A DNA stretch of 64,000 bases from an uncultured euryarchaeote (GCA_937899865.1 CALBRH010000051.1:64001-128000), one strand, 5' to 3'. Positions 17,830 to 29,047 are shown, numbered from the stretch's first letter. Made by a program: numbers and translations. Notes: generated from the letters alone by a model not told the origin.

Positions 17830-18696
17830 ATGGAGTTAAGACCAAGTTGCGTTTATCTCTATGAGTTTTCAGATTATGCTAAGTTGTCCATGGATATTGA
17901 ATTATTGATGGAAATTAATAGTGAATCTCAATTTACACTTTTTTCTAGGTTACCAACCAGGAGGTTGATTGAAAGGTTAGATTTATCAAAAATAGATCAC
18001 TATTGGATAACTGAAAATGAAGGTAAACAGTCGATAAAACCTGATATTGAAAATATTTTCAACTTAATAATGAAAAATAATAATGATGGATTAAACGTGT
18101 ATTTAGTGGATGGTTTGGAATATATTTTAAGCAGCAGTAATAACGATGATCTATTGTCAAAAATGTCACAATTTACAGATGATCTCAAGCCGTTAAATTC
18201 AGCACTGATATATTGCATTGATAGTTTAGCATTCGATAACAAATGGATAATAAAATTAAGACATCTTAGTCAAATTTTACAAATTAAGACTCCAGAAGTA
18301 GTAGATGTTTCAATTACAGAAGTTGAAGATGAAGAAGAGGCAGTAGAAGTAATACAACATGAACTTGGCATTGATGGAGGTCCACGTTTAGCATATTTAG
18401 CGAGATTACCGGAAATTGGATTTACTAATGAGATATTAGTGAAAAGAATTCTTCAATGGAGGAGAATGGGTTTAGATGTATCTAAAATAGAGCCTGCTAT
18501 GTCATACTCTAGTAAAGAGGCTTATGAGCTCTATAAATTAGTGGAAGAAGATGTCAGACGGGCTACAGAATTAGAGAGATTTATTCATGCAAATCAAGAA
18601 CATTTGAACACTTCTGAAATAGCTACAGACTTATTTAGAATTAGACAATTAACTGGCTTGGATGAATTGGAACAAAAATATTACACTTCATCTTGA
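17830..18696 (+). CDS. DUF835-like (degenerate RecA/KaiC-fold) protein
   Basis: 'LFSR..', 'YWIT', 'VYLVDGLEYIL', 'LIYCIDSLAF' pattern characteristic of DUF835. No Walker A motif. C-terminal 'ILQWRRMGLDVSKIE' helical module. Confidence 0.65.
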   Translation: MELRPSCVYLYEFSDYAKLSMDIELLMEINSESQFTLFSRLPTRRLIERLDLSKIDHYWITENEGKQSIKPDIENIFNLIMKNNNDGLNVYLVDGLEYILSSSNNDDLLSKMSQFTDDLKPLNSALIYCIDSLAFDNKWIIKLRHLSQILQIKTPEVVDVSITEVEDEEEAVEVIQHELGIDGGPRLAYLARLPEIGFTNEILVKRILQWRRMGLDVSKIEPAMSYSSKEAYELYKLVEEDVRRATELERFIHANQEHLNTSEIATDLFRIRQLTGLDELEQKYYTSS

Positions 18697-20235
18697 TAAT
18701 TTGAAATTTTCAGCCTCAATTCTAGCCAGCCATGAACCATTTCTTAAGTTCAATGCGATTTCCTTCAATTCATCACTAGTGCTGCGATCAGCGTCTAATT
18801 CAGGGGAGATATTTCTCAACAATTTAATTAAAGATTTAACCATAGGTGAGGGCGAATGTTCAGCATGTTTCAATGCTTCGCCAGCAATCAATAATTCACA
18901 TGCTAAAACTTCTGAAATTCTTAGACATGCTTGAAATAAATTCCAGCATGCTGTAGCACCCATACTTACATGATCTTCTTGGCCAGCAGAAGTGCTAGTT
19001 GAAAATGCAGTACGGGGGGATGAATGCCCGTGTAATTCTGCCAAAGCTGCACCTGCACTATATTGGACAATCATTAATCCTGATTCCAACCCACTATTAG
19101 TCGCCAAGAATGGTGGCAAATTACTCTTTTTTGGATCCAATAGTTGGTCCATCCGCCTTTCTGAAATAGAACCTAACTCAAATAATGACAAAGACATCCT
19201 ATCTGCGCATAATGCTAAAATTTCACCATGAAAATTGCCTTGAGATACTATTTGATGGCTATTACCTTTCTTATCTGGGAAAACCAATGGGTTATCTGTG
19301 GTGCTATTCAATTCTATACTTATTGTTGATTGCATAGCCAATAATGCTTCATAGACTGCACCATGAACTTGAGGAGTGCATCTAAATGAGTAAGGATCTT
19401 GTACCTTGTCACAATTAGCATGAGATGATAAAATTTCAGAACTCTTCATAATTTCTCTTATACGTTGCGCGACTATTTTTTGACCAGGATGTGGTCTTGC
19501 TTCATGCACTCGGTCATCTGTAGGCGTAATACTTCCTTTGAAACCGTCTAAAGAAGCACAATATATTACATCAGCAATAGGTAATAGATTGTTAAGAATA
19601 TCAAGTGATAAAATAGAATAACTTAACATTTGACTGGTGCCATTGATTAAAGATAAGCCATCTTTAGCCTGAAGTTCAATAGGTATGAGGCCGTTTTCAG
19701 TTAATACGTCACGTGTGACTAATAATTCACCTTCATCCGATACAATATTTCCCTCACCAATTAGTGTAAGTGCCATGTGGGATAAAGGCGCTAAATCGCC
19801 ACTTGCTCCAAGACTACCAATTCTTGGAATATATGGTGTGATTTGTAAGTTAACGAAATCGATTAATTGTTGAACTACGTTTGGATGAACTCCTGAGAAA
19901 CCTTTGGCAAATGAATTAATCCTAGATACCATCATTGCCCTAACAGACAATTTATCCATCATTTCTCCAAGTCCCGTAGCATGTGAGCGGATTAAATTAT
20001 TCTGTAGTTGTTGTAATTTATCAGAATCAATTGTCGTGTTAACAAGGGAGCCAAAGCCTGTATTAATGCCATAGACAACATCATCGGATTGTAAAATATC
20101 CTCCACAACAGCCCTAGACATAACTATTCTACTCCAAGCATCTTCAGATACCTCTAACTTTGCATTACCTGAGGCTATAGCCATTACTTCAGCGGTAGAC
20201 AATGTGTTACCATCTAGGAATACTGAGCGACTCAT
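18688..20235 (-). CDS. hutH: Histidine ammonia-lyase
   Basis: VVYGINTGFG, NLIRSHA, MIO-forming GASGDLAPL, LINGT, QDPYSFRC, GNFHG, QEDHVSMG. Confidence 0.96.
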   Translation of the reverse strand: MSRSVFLDGNTLSTAEVMAIASGNAKLEVSEDAWSRIVMSRAVVEDILQSDDVVYGINTGFGSLVNTTIDSDKLQQLQNNLIRSHATGLGEMMDKLSVRAMMVSRINSFAKGFSGVHPNVVQQLIDFVNLQITPYIPRIGSLGASGDLAPLSHMALTLIGEGNIVSDEGELLVTRDVLTENGLIPIELQAKDGLSLINGTSQMLSYSILSLDILNNLLPIADVIYCASLDGFKGSITPTDDRVHEARPHPGQKIVAQRIREIMKSSEILSSHANCDKVQDPYSFRCTPQVHGAVYEALLAMQSTISIELNSTTDNPLVFPDKKGNSHQIVSQGNFHGEILALCADRMSLSLFELGSISERRMDQLLDPKKSNLPPFLATNSGLESGLMIVQYSAGAALAELHGHSSPRTAFSTSTSAGQEDHVSMGATACWNLFQACLRISEVLACELLIAGEALKHAEHSPSPMVKSLIKLLRNISPELDADRSTSDELKEIALNLRNGSWLARIEAENFKLSR

Positions 20236-20239
20236 TTAA

Positions 20240-22306
20240 TCACCCTATCAAGTCGTCAAAGATAGCATCATCGGTTATATTAGGTACTGTGACCTTTAAC
20301 ATTGGATTTATTTTCATAGCGTGATTAATTGCTTCTATTGCACCGTTGTTTCTTGCCCATGCTCTACGTGCAACTCCATTGTTTACATCCCAATGTAACA
20401 TTGATTCAATTTTCTGTGCTGCCTCATCACTTCCATCTATTAACATACCAAAACCACCATTCATTACTTCGCCCCATCCGACTCCACCTCCATTATGGAG
20501 GCTAATCCATGTGGCGCCTCTAAAGGCGTCTCCAACAAAATTCTGAACAGCCATGTCTGCGGTGAACATAGAACCATCCTTGATATTAGCAGTTTCACGA
20601 TATGGGCTATCTGTTCCAGAAACATCATGGTGATCTCTGCCGAGTACAATTGGTGCCGAAATTTCACCGCTAGCAATTGCTTGATTCATTGCTAAGGCAA
20701 TTTTTCTTCTACCAATATCATTAGCATATAGGATTCTTGCCTGGCTTCCAACAACCAGTTTATTATGTCCAGCTTGCTCAATCCATCTAATATTATCATT
20801 CAGTTGTTGTCTAATTGAAGAAGAGGATTCTTCAAGAAGATTTTCTAATACTGATTTTGCAATTTCATCAGTTTTAGCCAAATCATCAGGATTGCCTGAA
20901 GTACAAACCCAACGATAAGGTCCAAAACCATAATCAAAACATATCGGCCCCATTATATCTTCAACATAACTTGGATATCTAAATCCGCCATCATCAGACA
21001 TTACATCAGCACCAACTCTAGATGCTTCCAGCAAAAATGCATTACCATAGTCCCAAAAGAACATGCCTCTCTCCGATAAAATATCAATGGATTTAGCATG
21101 TCGCCTCAATGTCTCCTGAACTTCTCTAACAAATTTATCAGGCTCATTAGACATCATTTTAGTACATTCTTCATAGGTATAATCTGCAGGAAAATATCCA
21201 CCTTGATACGGGTTATGTAGTGAGGTTTGATCACTTCCGAGATCGACATCGATATTTCTTTCAACGATTCTCTCCCATAACTCAACAATGTTTCCAATAT
21301 AGCCAATTGATATTGCTTCTTTACGATTGGCGGCAGAAACCATAAGATCTATTGCTTCATCAATATCTCTTGAAACATTAGTTAACCAACCTTGCTCATA
21401 TCTTTTAACCGCTGCATGTTCATTGATTTCTGCTACTATACAAGCAGCACCAGATATTACTGCAGCCTTTGCTTGCGCGCCAGACATCCCCCCAAGACCA
21501 GAAGTGACAAATGTAACTCCGGACAAATCTTTTCCAGGTGGAAGATTCAAATGCATTCTAGCTGCATTGAGTAATGTTATAGTTGTTCCATGAACAATTC
21601 CTTGTGGCCCGATGTACATATACGAGCCAGCAGTCATTTGCCCATATTGAGTGACACCAAGAGAGTTCATCTTTTCGTAATCTTCTCGTGAACTATAATT
21701 TGGAATAACCATGCCATTAGTTATGACTACTCTTGGAGCATTTTTACTTGAAGGAAATAATCCAAGTGGATGTCCAGAATACATTACCAATGTTTGTTCG
21801 TCACTCATTTCGCATAAATATTGCATTGCCAATCTATATTGAGCCCAATTTTGGAATACAGAACCATTTCCTCCATAAGTAATCAATTCATGAGGAAATT
21901 GAGCTACAGCAGGATCTAAATTATTCATAATCATCAGCATTATGGCGGATGCTTGTTGTGAATTAGCGGGGTATGCTTCGATAGGATATGCTTTCATTTC
22001 ATATTCTGTAGGCCTAAATCTTTGCATGGTAATTCTGCCAAATGTTTCAAGTTCCTCAAGAAATTCGGCTGCTAAGGTTTTATGAAATTGTGCATCAAAA
22101 TACCTTAGAGCATTTTTTAATGCTAATACTTTCTCTGAATTATCTAATACTTTCCTTCGAGCAGGAGCATGGTCAACAGAATTATCAGTTCCAGGATGTG
22201 GAGGGAGATTGTTAGGGATTCCTTCTAGTAAACAATTCCTAAGAACCATCCAATCGGCTTCCATGAGTTTACCCAAGGCGAGGGATTCTTTGAGACTATT
22301 GCTCAA
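20240..22306 (-). CDS. hutU: Urocanate hydratase, long (eukaryote-like) type, 688 aa
   Basis: PHELITYGGNG, YGQMTAGSYMYIGPQGIVHGT, GLGGMSGAQ, SDQTSLHNP, GRDHHDVSGTDSP, HNGGGVGWG. Confidence 0.96.
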   Translation of the reverse strand: MSNSLKESLALGKLMEADWMVLRNCLLEGIPNNLPPHPGTDNSVDHAPARRKVLDNSEKVLALKNALRYFDAQFHKTLAAEFLEELETFGRITMQRFRPTEYEMKAYPIEAYPANSQQASAIMLMIMNNLDPAVAQFPHELITYGGNGSVFQNWAQYRLAMQYLCEMSDEQTLVMYSGHPLGLFPSSKNAPRVVITNGMVIPNYSSREDYEKMNSLGVTQYGQMTAGSYMYIGPQGIVHGTTITLLNAARMHLNLPPGKDLSGVTFVTSGLGGMSGAQAKAAVISGAACIVAEINEHAAVKRYEQGWLTNVSRDIDEAIDLMVSAANRKEAISIGYIGNIVELWERIVERNIDVDLGSDQTSLHNPYQGGYFPADYTYEECTKMMSNEPDKFVREVQETLRRHAKSIDILSERGMFFWDYGNAFLLEASRVGADVMSDDGGFRYPSYVEDIMGPICFDYGFGPYRWVCTSGNPDDLAKTDEIAKSVLENLLEESSSSIRQQLNDNIRWIEQAGHNKLVVGSQARILYANDIGRRKIALAMNQAIASGEISAPIVLGRDHHDVSGTDSPYRETANIKDGSMFTADMAVQNFVGDAFRGATWISLHNGGGVGWGEVMNGGFGMLIDGSDEAAQKIESMLHWDVNNGVARRAWARNNGAIEAINHAMKINPMLKVTVPNITDDAIFDDLIG

Positions 22307-23549
22307 TATTTGCCTTAAGGTCAGGTCGCCAATAAGTGAATATTATTCCTGAGAATATCATTAAACAGGAGAATGATATGAAACCAGAACGTAAAGACAA
22401 GTCGTGATATTCTACTAAAAATCCAGCAACAGATGTTGAAATTGCAGCAGTACCACCTAATATCAGCATATCCATAGAAAAGACTCTACCTCTAACTTCA
22501 TCTTCAACCCACATTTGTGTAAGTACTGTTGACAAAACCCAATTACCACCACTTGCTGCATGGGCTAGAATGATTAAAGCTACAGTAAATGGCAAATAAT
22601 AATCTAAGGAAATTCCGACAATGAAGTAAAATAATCCAGAAATTGAAACTAATATGCCAATAAGTGATGGCCATTTGGATTTATCTTTGAACAGCGCCCT
22701 AGCAATTAATGGCCCTATTCCAGTACCAACTCCTCTTGCAAAGAAGAACAAGCCAAATCCAAAAGCAGCACCATAACCAGTTAAATCTGCTCCAGCAAGA
22801 ACTAAGAAAACTCCTGCTAACCCTGCTCCAGCTAGATTCCATGATGATTTAGCAAATACAATTCTTAGCAATTTTTTATCTTGATATATTCTTGTCCATC
22901 CAATCTTAATATTCTTGAATGCAGTACTCAATAATGGCCCTTTGATCGATTTGTCAAATTTTTGTTCAAATGTTAGAGGAATCAATAGCAGAGAAGAAAG
23001 TAAAAAGGTGTATGAATCAATTATGAAGGCCATATCAGTACCCCATACACTAACAGTAATTCCACCTAACATAGCACCAATGCATAGTGCCGTAGACCAA
23101 GAAGCACTATCTATTGCATTAGCAGTGATAAGGTCTGCTTCATCTACAATATTTGGCAATGCAGCACGTTCAGCAGTAACATAAACGCCGTGAAGTAACA
23201 TCATAAAACCTGACAAAGTAATAAGCCACCACATGTCTTCTTTACCATCAACAAATAGGAATGAAAGTGCAACGAATATTTGAACAATATTAGACCATAG
23301 CATCAATTTTTTCCGACTAATTCTATCTGCTAATAAGCCATTAATAGGTTGAGAAATAGCAAAAAGTGCCATTCTAACAGAAAATAGTATTCCAAGTAAA
23401 AATTCTGAACCTGAATATTCTAAAATTAAGAAAAACAGTGCTATGGTATTGAACCATTCCCCAAGCAATGAAATTACAGAAGCTGCCCATAATCTACGGA
23501 ATTTGGAATTGGATAGAAAGAATTCAATATAGCCCTTAGTCAATATCAC
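22296..23549 (-). CDS. MFS transporter (DHA3-like)
   Basis: FRRLW.A..IS..G.W, G.LADRISRKKLM, RGRVFS; about 12 TM segments. Confidence 0.9.
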   Translation of the reverse strand: MILTKGYIEFFLSNSKFRRLWAASVISLLGEWFNTIALFFLILEYSGSEFLLGILFSVRMALFAISQPINGLLADRISRKKLMLWSNIVQIFVALSFLFVDGKEDMWWLITLSGFMMLLHGVYVTAERAALPNIVDEADLITANAIDSASWSTALCIGAMLGGITVSVWGTDMAFIIDSYTFLLSSLLLIPLTFEQKFDKSIKGPLLSTAFKNIKIGWTRIYQDKKLLRIVFAKSSWNLAGAGLAGVFLVLAGADLTGYGAAFGFGLFFFARGVGTGIGPLIARALFKDKSKWPSLIGILVSISGLFYFIVGISLDYYLPFTVALIILAHAASGGNWVLSTVLTQMWVEDEVRGRVFSMDMLILGGTAAISTSVAGFLVEYHDLSLRSGFISFSCLMIFSGIIFTYWRPDLKANIEQ

Positions 23550-25888
23550 TCCTCCTCATGCACGGGATTTTGTCCACTGATGGTACAAATAATCCACTTT
23601 GAGGTAGGAGTATTTGATATATCTGCAGTAGATTCCAAAGGCACTAATTCGTTGGCCTCTGGGAAATATGCTGCAATATTCCTTTTTGGTATTTTGTATG
23701 GAATAACTATCCACTGCTTTGATATTCTTACATTGCCATTGAAATGACTTGTTATATCGACATAATCTCTAGTTTTAATTTGTAAATCGAGCATATCATC
23801 AGGATTCATCAAAATGACTCTCCTGTTACCTTTAATACCTCTATATCTGTCATCAAGGCCATAAATTGTAGTATTGTATTGATCATGAGAACGCATAGTC
23901 ATCATGACAAATTGGTCATCTTCTATGTCTACATTTGGTAATGGATTACTTGAAAAGTGTGCCAATCCATCTGAAGTATTGAATTGACAACTGTCTTTGG
24001 GAGGATTGGGTAGGTAAAATCCATTTTCTTCACGTACACGATGATTATAATTGTCAAATCCATTAACGCATTGACCAATTAAATCCCTAATCTTATCATA
24101 GTTGTCTACTTGTTCAAGGAAATTAATTGATGAATCTTCAAGCGTCGTATCGGCAAGTTGTGCAACAATCCATGGTTCACTTCTTAACTCACTAGAAGCA
24201 GGTTTCAATCTACCTTCAGAGGTGTGAACAATACCCATTGAATTTTCTACTGTTACGAATTGAGGCCCTGATTTTTGTTTGTCAAACTCTGTTCTTCCTA
24301 AACATGGCAATATTAGCATCTCGTCAGATTGAACTAAATGTGAACGATTTAACTTAGTAGAAACATGTACACTCATTGATAGTTTGGAAACAGCCTTTGA
24401 GGTTCTTTTTGTATCGGGAGTCGCTGATATGAAATTACCACCTAAGCAAAATAAGAAGTCAACATCGCCTTTCTCCATTGCAATGATAGAATTAACTACA
24501 TCATATCCATGTTTCCTAGGCATTGTAAATTTCAAACCTTGCTCCATATTTTCAATGAATGAATCGCTAGGAGCCTCCCAGATTCCTACAGTTCGATTAC
24601 CTTGTACATTGGAATGGCCTCTTACTGGGCATAAACCTGCACCCTTACGTCCAATATGACCTCCCAATAGATGCAAATTGACAACTTCTTGAATCACTGA
24701 TACTCCATTTCTATGTTGTGTCAAACCCATAGCCCAACAGGATATTACGGATTTGGAATTAGCTAAAATTTCTGCAAGTCTGATGATTTCTTCTTTGCTA
24801 ATACCTGAATCTCGAGACACTCTATCCCAGTCTAGTAGTTGCAAAGAGTTTTCATACTGTTCATATTCAGAAGTTTTGTCATTTATGAATTTATGATCCA
24901 CTTTTTTAGAATCTATGATTAATTTATTGATACCTTGGAATAACGCTGCATCTCCACCAATCTTTATCGGTATATGTATATCAGATAATTTGGTGGATTT
25001 GAAGTTTAATTTCATATAATCTTGAGGATGTTTGAAGCGAACCAGTCCAGTTTCAGGTAGTGGATTGATATGAATAATTGTGGAGCCTTTTTTCTTGGCA
25101 TCGCTAAGTGCAGTCAGCATACGAGGATGATTAGTTCCTGGATTTTGTCCAATTACTAAGATTGTATCGGCATGATTGAAATCATCCAGCGTGACAGTAC
25201 CTTTGCCAATTCCAATTGTTGAAGTCAATGCTTTACCGCTGGATTCATGGCACATATTGGAGCAATCTGGTAAATTATTAGTCCCATACATTCTAACAAA
25301 TGCTTGATACAGAAATGCTGCCTCATTACTAGTCCTGCCAGATGTGTAAAAAACTGCATTATTGGGGCTATCTAGTGTATTCAATTTCTTTGATATTAGA
25401 CTAAATGCTTCAGTCCAGGATATGGGTTTGTAGTTTGACTCTCCTCTTTTCAAATACATCGGTTCAGCTATTCTACCTTGGCTATTGAGCCAATAATCAC
25501 TCCTCTGTGATAATTCTTTTACCGTATATTTGGCAAAGAACTTGCGGTTTACATTAGCCTTCATAGCCTCGTCCGCTACAGCCTTTGCACCATTTTCGCA
25601 AAATTCGAAAGGAGAGCTATGTTCTGGATCTGGCCAAGCGCAACCCGGGCAATCAAAACCATCTTTTTGATTAACCATTTTCAAAGTCTTGATAGTTTTC
25701 ATAGGACCCATTTTTTTGATTGAATGGACAGCGCTTGAGATCACTGCAGGTATGCCGGCGGCTGTTGATTTTGGACTAGATAATTTCAACTTAGATTGGT
25801 CGACGGGAGTTAAGCCATCGGTATTGCCGCCCATCGTAATCATTTTATTGTACCTAATTTGACTTTTCAAGTCTTGGGCTAAAATCAT
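23546..25888 (-). CDS. FdhF/YdeP family molybdopterin oxidoreductase
   Basis: GFDCPGCAWPD, FCENGAKA, YTSGRTSNEAA, NLPDCSNMCHE, PVRGHSNVQG, RSHDQYNTTIY. Confidence 0.92.
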   Translation of the reverse strand: MILAQDLKSQIRYNKMITMGGNTDGLTPVDQSKLKLSSPKSTAAGIPAVISSAVHSIKKMGPMKTIKTLKMVNQKDGFDCPGCAWPDPEHSSPFEFCENGAKAVADEAMKANVNRKFFAKYTVKELSQRSDYWLNSQGRIAEPMYLKRGESNYKPISWTEAFSLISKKLNTLDSPNNAVFYTSGRTSNEAAFLYQAFVRMYGTNNLPDCSNMCHESSGKALTSTIGIGKGTVTLDDFNHADTILVIGQNPGTNHPRMLTALSDAKKKGSTIIHINPLPETGLVRFKHPQDYMKLNFKSTKLSDIHIPIKIGGDAALFQGINKLIIDSKKVDHKFINDKTSEYEQYENSLQLLDWDRVSRDSGISKEEIIRLAEILANSKSVISCWAMGLTQHRNGVSVIQEVVNLHLLGGHIGRKGAGLCPVRGHSNVQGNRTVGIWEAPSDSFIENMEQGLKFTMPRKHGYDVVNSIIAMEKGDVDFLFCLGGNFISATPDTKRTSKAVSKLSMSVHVSTKLNRSHLVQSDEMLILPCLGRTEFDKQKSGPQFVTVENSMGIVHTSEGRLKPASSELRSEPWIVAQLADTTLEDSSINFLEQVDNYDKIRDLIGQCVNGFDNYNHRVREENGFYLPNPPKDSCQFNTSDGLAHFSSNPLPNVDIEDDQFVMMTMRSHDQYNTTIYGLDDRYRGIKGNRRVILMNPDDMLDLQIKTRDYVDITSHFNGNVRISKQWIVIPYKIPKRNIAAYFPEANELVPLESTADISNTPTSKWIICTISGQNPVHEEE

Positions 25889-25890
25889 GA

Positions 25891-26658
25891 TTAGCCAATG
25901 ATTGTAGCACTATTTTGTTTAACGAAAGAGTAGATTGTGATGCCTAATTGTCTAGCGCATTCTGCAGCCAAGGTTGAACAAGCTCCAATTGATGCGATGA
26001 CAGAAATATTAGCTCTTGCAGCCTTTGCAACTATATCCCATCCACACCTACCACTTAATAACAAAATAAATTCACTCATTGTAGCATCTGTAATTGATTT
26101 ACCAACCACTTTGTCTACTGCATTGTGTCTACCTATATCTTCTGAAAGATATTTTAAATCCCCTGTAAAATTCAGTAATCCAGCACTGTGCATGCCGCCA
26201 GTTTTGGAGAATCCATCCTGCAAAGACTTCATTTGTTCTAGTCCCAAATGAAGTATTGATTCATCAAATATGATACCTCCTTCAACAATGGGTAAATCAG
26301 TAATTAATGTGTCAAGCCCATGAGTATTGCAGGCGCCACATGAAGTGGTAGTGATACCAGTAATTTTTGGTTGAGTTAGTAAGGGAAGTGATGAATTTAC
26401 CTGCGCTTTAATTCCGTCTTTGCTTGAAGTTATTATTACATCATTTGAACATATTTTAGCTTGCGCCCTTTCAATATACCCTTCCGACAGCAAATGACCT
26501 ATCAATAGATTCTCACAATCATTTGGTGAGGCCAATAATGTGGCAATTTTCTGTTCATTAAAATACAAGTAAATTAGTGATTCTACTGCTAAATTATCAG
26601 AAGAAATTGACAAATTTCCATCTTTTAACTTGGAAACTGGTACTTTTCTATGATTCAT
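25891..26658 (-). CDS. fdhD: Formate dehydrogenase accessory sulfurtransferase FdhD
   Basis: TTSCGAC, TGGMHSAG, EDIGRHNAVDKVVG, SGRCGWDIVAKA. Probable ATG at 26658 after GGTGA. Confidence 0.92.
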   Translation of the reverse strand: MNHRKVPVSKLKDGNLSISSDNLAVESLIYLYFNEQKIATLLASPNDCENLLIGHLLSEGYIERAQAKICSNDVIITSSKDGIKAQVNSSLPLLTQPKITGITTTSCGACNTHGLDTLITDLPIVEGGIIFDESILHLGLEQMKSLQDGFSKTGGMHSAGLLNFTGDLKYLSEDIGRHNAVDKVVGKSITDATMSEFILLLSGRCGWDIVAKAARANISVIASIGACSTLAAECARQLGITIYSFVKQNSATIIG

Positions 26659-27208
26659 TGCCATCACCACTACGTAAATGATCAATTTCAAAAAACTCAA
26701 ATTGTAAATTGACTAGTTCTTTGCTTGTCTTTGCAGAAGAATACTCTTCAAGAGGTTCAAAGTTCAATTCAATAAAGCGCTGACCCCATCTAAATGCTGA
26801 TAGTAAAGATATGGCTTGTTCTTTGTTCCCAGTTAAATAAGTGGCAGCGGCAAGAGCCTCTACTGTGGATAATTTACCTGGTTTACCCCAATTAACAGGA
26901 TTTGCAGCAAGAAATAATGGTAACATTCGCGGCTGTAATCTAGTTTGTCGCATCACTTTGTCGACGCTCGTTTCAATATGTTTCCACGAACAATCCAAAC
27001 CGACTAATGACCCATTTTTCTTAGTAAGAATATCATGGTCTTCTGGGCCAAAAATTTTACCACATAAGGGTTCTAAAATTATACCTTTTTTCGGTAAAGT
27101 ACTAATATTCTTATGCAGTTTAATATCGCCACGTTTTGAGGAAATTACAGCAGTATTTTTCTTAGGATCATCCTGTGCAAGCCACAGAGAATGAACTCGT
27201 ATAGACAT
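26648..27208 (-). CDS. tsr3: 16S rRNA aminocarboxypropyltransferase Tsr3 (DUF367)
   Basis: QDDPKKNTA, LDCSW, RMLPLFLAANPVNWGKPGKLSTVEALAAA, FRWGQRFIELN. Confidence 0.93.
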   Translation of the reverse strand: MSIRVHSLWLAQDDPKKNTAVISSKRGDIKLHKNISTLPKKGIILEPLCGKIFGPEDHDILTKKNGSLVGLDCSWKHIETSVDKVMRQTRLQPRMLPLFLAANPVNWGKPGKLSTVEALAAATYLTGNKEQAISLLSAFRWGQRFIELNFEPLEEYSSAKTSKELVNLQFEFFEIDHLRSGDGNES

Positions 27209-27694
27209 CTAATCACCGTTTTGATTGAAGAAATCACCAAGAGTCATCCCTCGACTATTTCCTTTAATCACTCTCGATGTCTCTGAAGGAGTACTTAACT
27301 CCATCAATGAAATTCCTAATACACGTTCAAATTTTCTTATTACTGAATCAGTAGGAGGTTTTCCAGACTCGGCTGATTTGATGACATTAACGGTCTCAGC
27401 CATTCTTTTTCCGAGTTCTGCTTGATTCCATCCTTTGGAGTTTCTAGCACTAGCAATCTTTGAAGCAAAGTTATCAACAAGTTCTTTCTCTTGTTTAGAC
27501 ATTATGTCATTCCGTCTTTTTGGTTTGAATGAAGTATTTGTCCTATTTTGTGACAATTTTATACCTGGAGCTACTTGCTTTGGATTTAATCCCAATTTCT
27601 CAACACACCTCATACAAGCATTAACATTTGCTTTACCCATCAATACTGACTTAGTGCTAACTTTCATCGCTCCGCAAATTTCACATTCACTCAT
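27209..27694 (-). CDS. mbf1: Archaeal multiprotein bridging factor aMBF1
   Basis: N-terminal CEICG...CMRC zinc ribbon plus C-terminal HTH (ARNSKGWNQAELG...IKSAESG). Confidence 0.92.
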   Translation of the reverse strand: MSECEICGAMKVSTKSVLMGKANVNACMRCVEKLGLNPKQVAPGIKLSQNRTNTSFKPKRRNDIMSKQEKELVDNFASKIASARNSKGWNQAELGKRMAETVNVIKSAESGKPPTDSVIRKFERVLGISLMELSTPSETSRVIKGNSRGMTLGDFFNQNGD

Positions 27695-27727
27695 AGTCTC
27701 ACAAACACCTCCAGTACAACAATCAAA

Positions 27728-29011
27728 ATGAAATTTATCATAATTATGGCAGACTTCATAGATGATAGACGTCAGGATGTATTGATTGGCATGGTTGGCG
27801 AGGTAGATACTCCACCTAAAGATATCAAATCCTCAAATGAGGAAGAGTTGAAAAAACTCGAGGATGAATTTAGAGCATTGCAAGATCAAACACAAGATTT
27901 AATCAACGAAAGGGCTCATTTGGAATCTGAAATACGTACCTTGAAAAAGCGAGCAAATAGGCTTGATGAAGAAGTTCGAAGTCTCAAATCTCCGCCACTA
28001 ATAGTAGGGCATTTAGAGGACATACTAGACCAAGAAAGAGGAATTGTTAGGTCTTCAAATGGAACTGTTTTCCAAGTTGGATTAAATCAAAGACTTTCTC
28101 CAGAGGTATTGAAACCAGGAGTTAGAGTTGCACTTAATCAAGATACTTTAGCAGTAATTGAGGTTTTACATGATGCATGGGATCCAATGGTCAGTGGAGC
28201 AGAGATGGTTGAAAGGCCAGATATTAGTTATGATTCGGTAGCAGGCTTGGATGAGCAAAAAGAATCTGTAAGAGAAGCAATAGAATTACCACTTAACTCG
28301 CCTGAATTGTTTAGGAAAGTTGGAATCGAACCTCCTAAAGGAATATTGCTTGTTGGCCCGCCGGGTTGTGGGAAAACACTTCTTGCAAAGGCAGTAGCAA
28401 ATCATACTGATGCGACATTCATAAGAATGGTCGGTAGTGAGTTGGCTCAGAAATATATAGGAGAAGGTGGGAGAATGGTTAGGGAATTATTTTCCCTTGC
28501 TAAAGAAAAGGCACCATCAATAATTTTCTTAGATGAAATCGATGCTATTGGTGCAAAGCGATTAGATGGTTCAACTAGTGGTGATAGAGAAGTACAACGC
28601 ACATTAATGCAATTACTCGCCGAACTTGACGGTTTTGATGTATTAGAAAATGTCAAAATTATTGCTGCAACTAACCGCCCTGACATCTTAGATGAGGCGT
28701 TATTAAGGCCTGGAAGATTTGATAGAGTGATTGAAATACCTATTCCTGATGATGTTGGAAGAAAAGCGATATTGCAATTGAATATCGATAAAATGTCTAC
28801 CAAAAAGATCCAATTAAAGGCTATAATTGACAAAACATCAGGTTTCTCTGGTGCTGAAATAAAAGCAACTTGCGTTGAAGCAGGAATGATTGCAATTAGA
28901 CAAGGTAGAGGATATATTACTCAAGATGATTTCTTGGAATCTATTAAAAGAATTAATGTCAAGAAAATTAATGGTGGGCTTAAAGATTCACCAGACTCTA
29001 TTTACAATTAA
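27728..29011 (+). CDS. pan: Proteasome-activating nucleotidase
   Basis: N-terminal coiled coil, [47 protein letters not shown]. Confidence 0.95.
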   Translation: MKFIIIMADFIDDRRQDVLIGMVGEVDTPPKDIKSSNEEELKKLEDEFRALQDQTQDLINERAHLESEIRTLKKRANRLDEEVRSLKSPPLIVGHLEDILDQERGIVRSSNGTVFQVGLNQRLSPEVLKPGVRVALNQDTLAVIEVLHDAWDPMVSGAEMVERPDISYDSVAGLDEQKESVREAIELPLNSPELFRKVGIEPPKGILLVGPPGCGKTLLAKAVANHTDATFIRMVGSELAQKYIGEGGRMVRELFSLAKEKAPSIIFLDEIDAIGAKRLDGSTSGDREVQRTLMQLLAELDGFDVLENVKIIAATNRPDILDEALLRPGRFDRVIEIPIPDDVGRKAILQLNIDKMSTKKIQLKAIIDKTSGFSGAEIKATCVEAGMIAIRQGRGYITQDDFLESIKRINVKKINGGLKDSPDSIYN

Positions 29012-29047
29012 GGCTAACTTCAAAGTCCGTCTAATTGAGCATACATC

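Noticed and set aside
23546-25888. Selenocysteine-containing formate dehydrogenase
   Set aside because: No in-frame TGA. The motifs are YdeP-type with Cys.
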